DNA of 64,000 nt, taken from the NCBI GenBank assembly GCA_965223345.1, contig CBDCWG010000007.1, positions 128,001-192,000 on the forward strand. Direction: 5' to 3'. Numbering within the stretch: the stretch's first letter is position 1; each line of letters opens with the position of its first letter. The notes under the pieces are model-generated. The model was not told the origin of the DNA. It saw nothing but the letters and a program-made list of their open reading frames with translations, and ran no database searches. The translations under genes and the position numbers were made by a program. This stretch comes from Nitrospinales bacterium. Its GTDB lineage: Bacteria; Nitrospinota; Nitrospinia; Nitrospinales; VA-1. Below are positions 61,333-64,000 of this stretch, in pieces.

Positions 61333-62310
61333 ATGAACAAAAAACGCCACCACTACGTTCCGAAAGCCTACCTCAAGCATTTTTGCAGTGAAGAAGGCAA
61401 AATCCATATCTACCTGAAAGATGACCCTGGAAAAGTAATCTACCAATCTCCAGATAACACAGGGTTTCACAAGTACTACTATTCCCAACCTCTTCCTGAA
61501 GGTGGGAGGGATAATAATAAACTCGAAAATCACTTTTCTGAACTTGAAGCCAAGTGGCCTCCCATCATTGAGAAAATTCAAAAACGAGAGAATGTAAACG
61601 ACTACCTTGAAAATATTTTTCAATTCATAACACTACAACGTATTCGTGTACCAGCATGTAGAGATATGATTGAAAAGAGCTTGGCTGAAACTATGAAAAC
61701 CCATGTAAGGATGTTGGATGAATCAGGAAAACTACCCCCTAAGCCCCAAGGATTCGAAGATATTCTCGACCATGTAGAAGTCTCGATTGACCCTCATCAA
61801 TCAATACTTGCTATGGTAAAAATGATTGAAGGAATTGGGGAAAAGGTTTTGAATCACATTGGAATAAGAGCCGTTTTTAATATGACGGAAATCCCTTTTC
61901 TAACAAGTGATAATCCTGTGATTTGGTTCGATCCAGCTGTTCCGGAAGATGAAATGAAGCCTTACGTTCTCAAAATTGACGGACCTATCGTTTTATATTT
62001 CCCAATATCTCCGAACATTTTGATTTATGGCGATTCATTTATACGTGAACGATTTGGATACCATGGACTTGAATACAGTGAAGTTTGTGATCCAACCTGG
62101 GTGGAAATGGTTAACCAACAAATCTGTCGTTTCGCCTATAAGGCAGTTTATTCTCAAAAGACAGGCCAGGAAGACCTGATTAATAAATACAACGATGAAT
62201 CTCCAGTCTTGAGAACAGAAACCACACCTATCGAAAATGGAAACTTTTTATTTTCCCAAATGGTTTTTGGAAAACGTGGGAAAAAGCCAAAGTGGACGAA
62301 CGTAACTTAG
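61333..62310 (+). CDS. DUF4238-family protein
   Basis: RHHYVPKAYLKHF, FLTSDNPV, FPISPNILI; AT-rich. Confidence 0.85.
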   Translation: MNKKRHHYVPKAYLKHFCSEEGKIHIYLKDDPGKVIYQSPDNTGFHKYYYSQPLPEGGRDNNKLENHFSELEAKWPPIIEKIQKRENVNDYLENIFQFITLQRIRVPACRDMIEKSLAETMKTHVRMLDESGKLPPKPQGFEDILDHVEVSIDPHQSILAMVKMIEGIGEKVLNHIGIRAVFNMTEIPFLTSDNPVIWFDPAVPEDEMKPYVLKIDGPIVLYFPISPNILIYGDSFIRERFGYHGLEYSEVCDPTWVEMVNQQICRFAYKAVYSQKTGQEDLINKYNDESPVLRTETTPIENGNFLFSQMVFGKRGKKPKWTNVT

Positions 62311-62536
62311 CACTCGCAAAGAATGCAACTCAAATTCCCCTTCCTCTTCAACCATCCCCCGTACCCGGTCAAAAATTCCCGCGCTACAGGGAATGATTTT
62401 TCAATGGAATTGCCTCCCCCCATCGAAACACCCCCAATCTTCCCCTTTTAATTCAACAAGTTAAGCCTTAACCTGAAAGAAAAACCCGGATTGAAACGTG
62501 AACCTAAGAAACGCATTTTCAGGTTTAGGAACCCGC

Positions 62537-62878
62537 ATGAGTCCCCTGAGCTGGTGGCTGGATGGACGGAAATGGCGCGAGGACAACCTCTCGTCCTGGG
62601 AGGGCATGGGCATTCCCGGCGAGAACGGTTTGAATCCTTTTCAGGAGGAGTGCCTGGACCGGCTCCGCAGCGTTGTGGATGTCGCGGAATCCCGCGTTGA
62701 AGGCATCGAGGAAAAATACGTCACAGGACCGCTGGGAAAAGGCGACGTGCAGTTCTTCATCTATGAAGATGGTGCCGGCATCCACGGTGGCAAAACGGAC
62801 ATTCGTCTCGAACGCTGGGATTACCGCACCCTGAACGACCTCATCGAAGCCTTTGTCTCCAAAGCCAAAAAGTACTGA
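62537..62878 (+). CDS. Hypothetical protein (113 aa)
   Basis: AGGA RBS; more host-like GC than its neighbours. Confidence 0.65.
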   Translation: MSPLSWWLDGRKWREDNLSSWEGMGIPGENGLNPFQEECLDRLRSVVDVAESRVEGIEEKYVTGPLGKGDVQFFIYEDGAGIHGGKTDIRLERWDYRTLNDLIEAFVSKAKKY

Positions 62879-62884
62879 AACCCG

Positions 62885-63361
62885 ATGGAAGTGACAGCCA
62901 ACATCACGAAATGGGATTTGATCAAATCAGCATCCTATCTACAACCTCGCAGAAGAGAATACTTGTTACTTCCGTTTGCTTTTCTTGCTTTCATCTCAAT
63001 ATTAGAGTCTCCTAACTTCCAACAGGAATGGATACTACTCCTCACATTATGTATCGTTGGTACTATTATTTTTAATATATTAGTTTTGGGTCTATGGGCT
63101 CTGCGTATAAATATTCGTTGGCTTGGAAATTATAAATTTAATATCCACGAAAAGGGTTTCAGAGAAACATCCAAAAGTCAGGAGAGCATTTACCATTGGC
63201 CCTGGATTCATAATATGTATAAAACAGGGAGTCATATTATTGTTTGTATAACTGATTCTAAAATTTGCACGATTCCCCGCCGCGCCTTTCAAACAGATGC
63301 CGAGTTTGAAGAATTCTTCAACAAGGCGAATGACTATTGGAAGGAAGCACTCAATCAATGA
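62885..63361 (+). CDS. YcxB-like membrane protein
   Basis: Two TM helices then YHWPWIHNMYKT...TIPRRAF; AT-rich. Confidence 0.75.
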   Translation: MEVTANITKWDLIKSASYLQPRRREYLLLPFAFLAFISILESPNFQQEWILLLTLCIVGTIIFNILVLGLWALRINIRWLGNYKFNIHEKGFRETSKSQESIYHWPWIHNMYKTGSHIIVCITDSKICTIPRRAFQTDAEFEEFFNKANDYWKEALNQ

Positions 63362-63381
63362 TTGAGTGCCTATTTTTTCCT

Positions 63382-63507
63382 GCCCCCTCACCCAAGCCAC
63401 TTCCAGAAATTATATGAGCGGGTGCCGAGCTTTGCTCGGCCCACCCTTTCGCTACAGAGGAAAAGGATATTAAGTTTTGCCTCTCCGGTTTTCTTTGCGC
63501 CTTCGCG
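63382..63507. repeat. Dispersed structured repeat, copy B
   Basis: Colinear with 38562-38700; hairpin GCCGAGC-TTT-GCTCGGC. Confidence 0.85.
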
Positions 63508-63606
63508 GCGGCACCCTATGGGTGTTGCGCGGGGCCCGCTTTTATCTTTGGACTTTATCCTGCTATCCTGTCCGCATCAAAATCCTGACAGGCAGGTGAA
63601 ACGGGC

Positions 63607-63933
63607 ATGTGTGCGCATTTGGGAGAATGGCTGGGCAAGGGGCTGTTGCTGACGGCGGGGCTGTATTTCGCGGCGTTTCTCTACCTGCACTATGTTCTTA
63701 AAATCGAGCACAAGGATACGTCTGTGTCACTGGGCGGCGATGCGTTCTTCGGCTTCCTCTCTCCTTCCTACCTGTCCCGGCTGTTCCGTTTTATCATCAA
63801 CAAGCGGTATTTCGATCTGGACAGCGAGCGGTTGCACAAGCTGTGCGAGGGCATCCGTCATATTGCGCTGATTTTCTTTTTCGGCCTGATCGCCGGCTTC
63901 ATCTTTCTGCAAACCTGCGCAACGTTTTTATAG
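63607..63933 (+). CDS. Small membrane hypothetical protein
   Basis: Two hydrophobic segments; start uncertain. Confidence 0.6.
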   Translation: MCAHLGEWLGKGLLLTAGLYFAAFLYLHYVLKIEHKDTSVSLGGDAFFGFLSPSYLSRLFRFIINKRYFDLDSERLHKLCEGIRHIALIFFFGLIAGFIFLQTCATFL

Positions 63934-64000
63934 CTTTCCCCTACCGGTTCACTTCATCGCCCTGAAAGTTTTTCTCCAGCCCGCCCCAGACGCGGAAGAT

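Larger units (their letters stand above)
61258..63572. mobile_element. Putative non-autonomous cargo element bounded by ~70-bp imperfect inverted repeats
   Basis: 61258-61328 matches reverse complement of 63489-63572 in three blocks (17/19, 16/19, 18/19); AT-rich cargo; no transposase. Confidence 0.6.

Noticed and set aside
62466..62529. Integron attC site
   Set aside because: Ends do not fit RYYYAAC/GTTRRRY and there is no integrase; kept only as a generic inverted repeat
63416..63450. Resemblance of repeat copy B to group II intron domain V (GAGC start, 2-nt bulge)
   Set aside because: No GNRA loop or AC bulge, copy A does not keep the same lower stem, and there is no RT or other intron domain

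Overview
GC-rich bacterial chromosome segment, mostly housekeeping. A Nitrospina-like marine nitrite oxidiser is inferred from sucCD next to a For-type 2-oxoacid:ferredoxin oxidoreductase cluster (reverse TCA) and a Na+-type flagellar stator. In order: DUF4175-like/peptidase-TPR/MoxR cluster; umuD-umuC-SRAP; DCC1/HTTM operon; RNase H-like exonuclease; fliD-fliS; sucCD; forABCE; ndk; queD-folE; phoH-ybeY-HIT-mutS; DUF4390 plus NtrY-like kinase; aldehyde dehydrogenase; zincin; peroxiredoxin-like protein; ArnT-like glycosyltransferase; tag; TonB receptor; merR-ihfA-EF-G2; MBL-cNMP protein; der; amidase; nusB-rib operon; motAB with a degenerate REC-HD-GYP gene; NACHT-FGE protein; rhomboid. No rRNA, tRNA, CRISPR array, transposase or integrase was recognised. 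Most unusual signals: (1) a 2.3-kb transposase-free three-gene block (DUF4238, hypothetical, YcxB-like) enclosed by ~70-bp imperfect inverted repeats built from short-period GCAAAG/ACAGGAT units; (2) a ~125-bp repeat with a covarying hairpin at that block's right end and again 25 kb away; (3) a SRAP/YedK protein whose catalytic Cys2 is replaced by Pro; (4) a doubly degenerate REC-HD-GYP gene directly upstream of motAB. All family assignments are from motif recognition by eye, not database searches.
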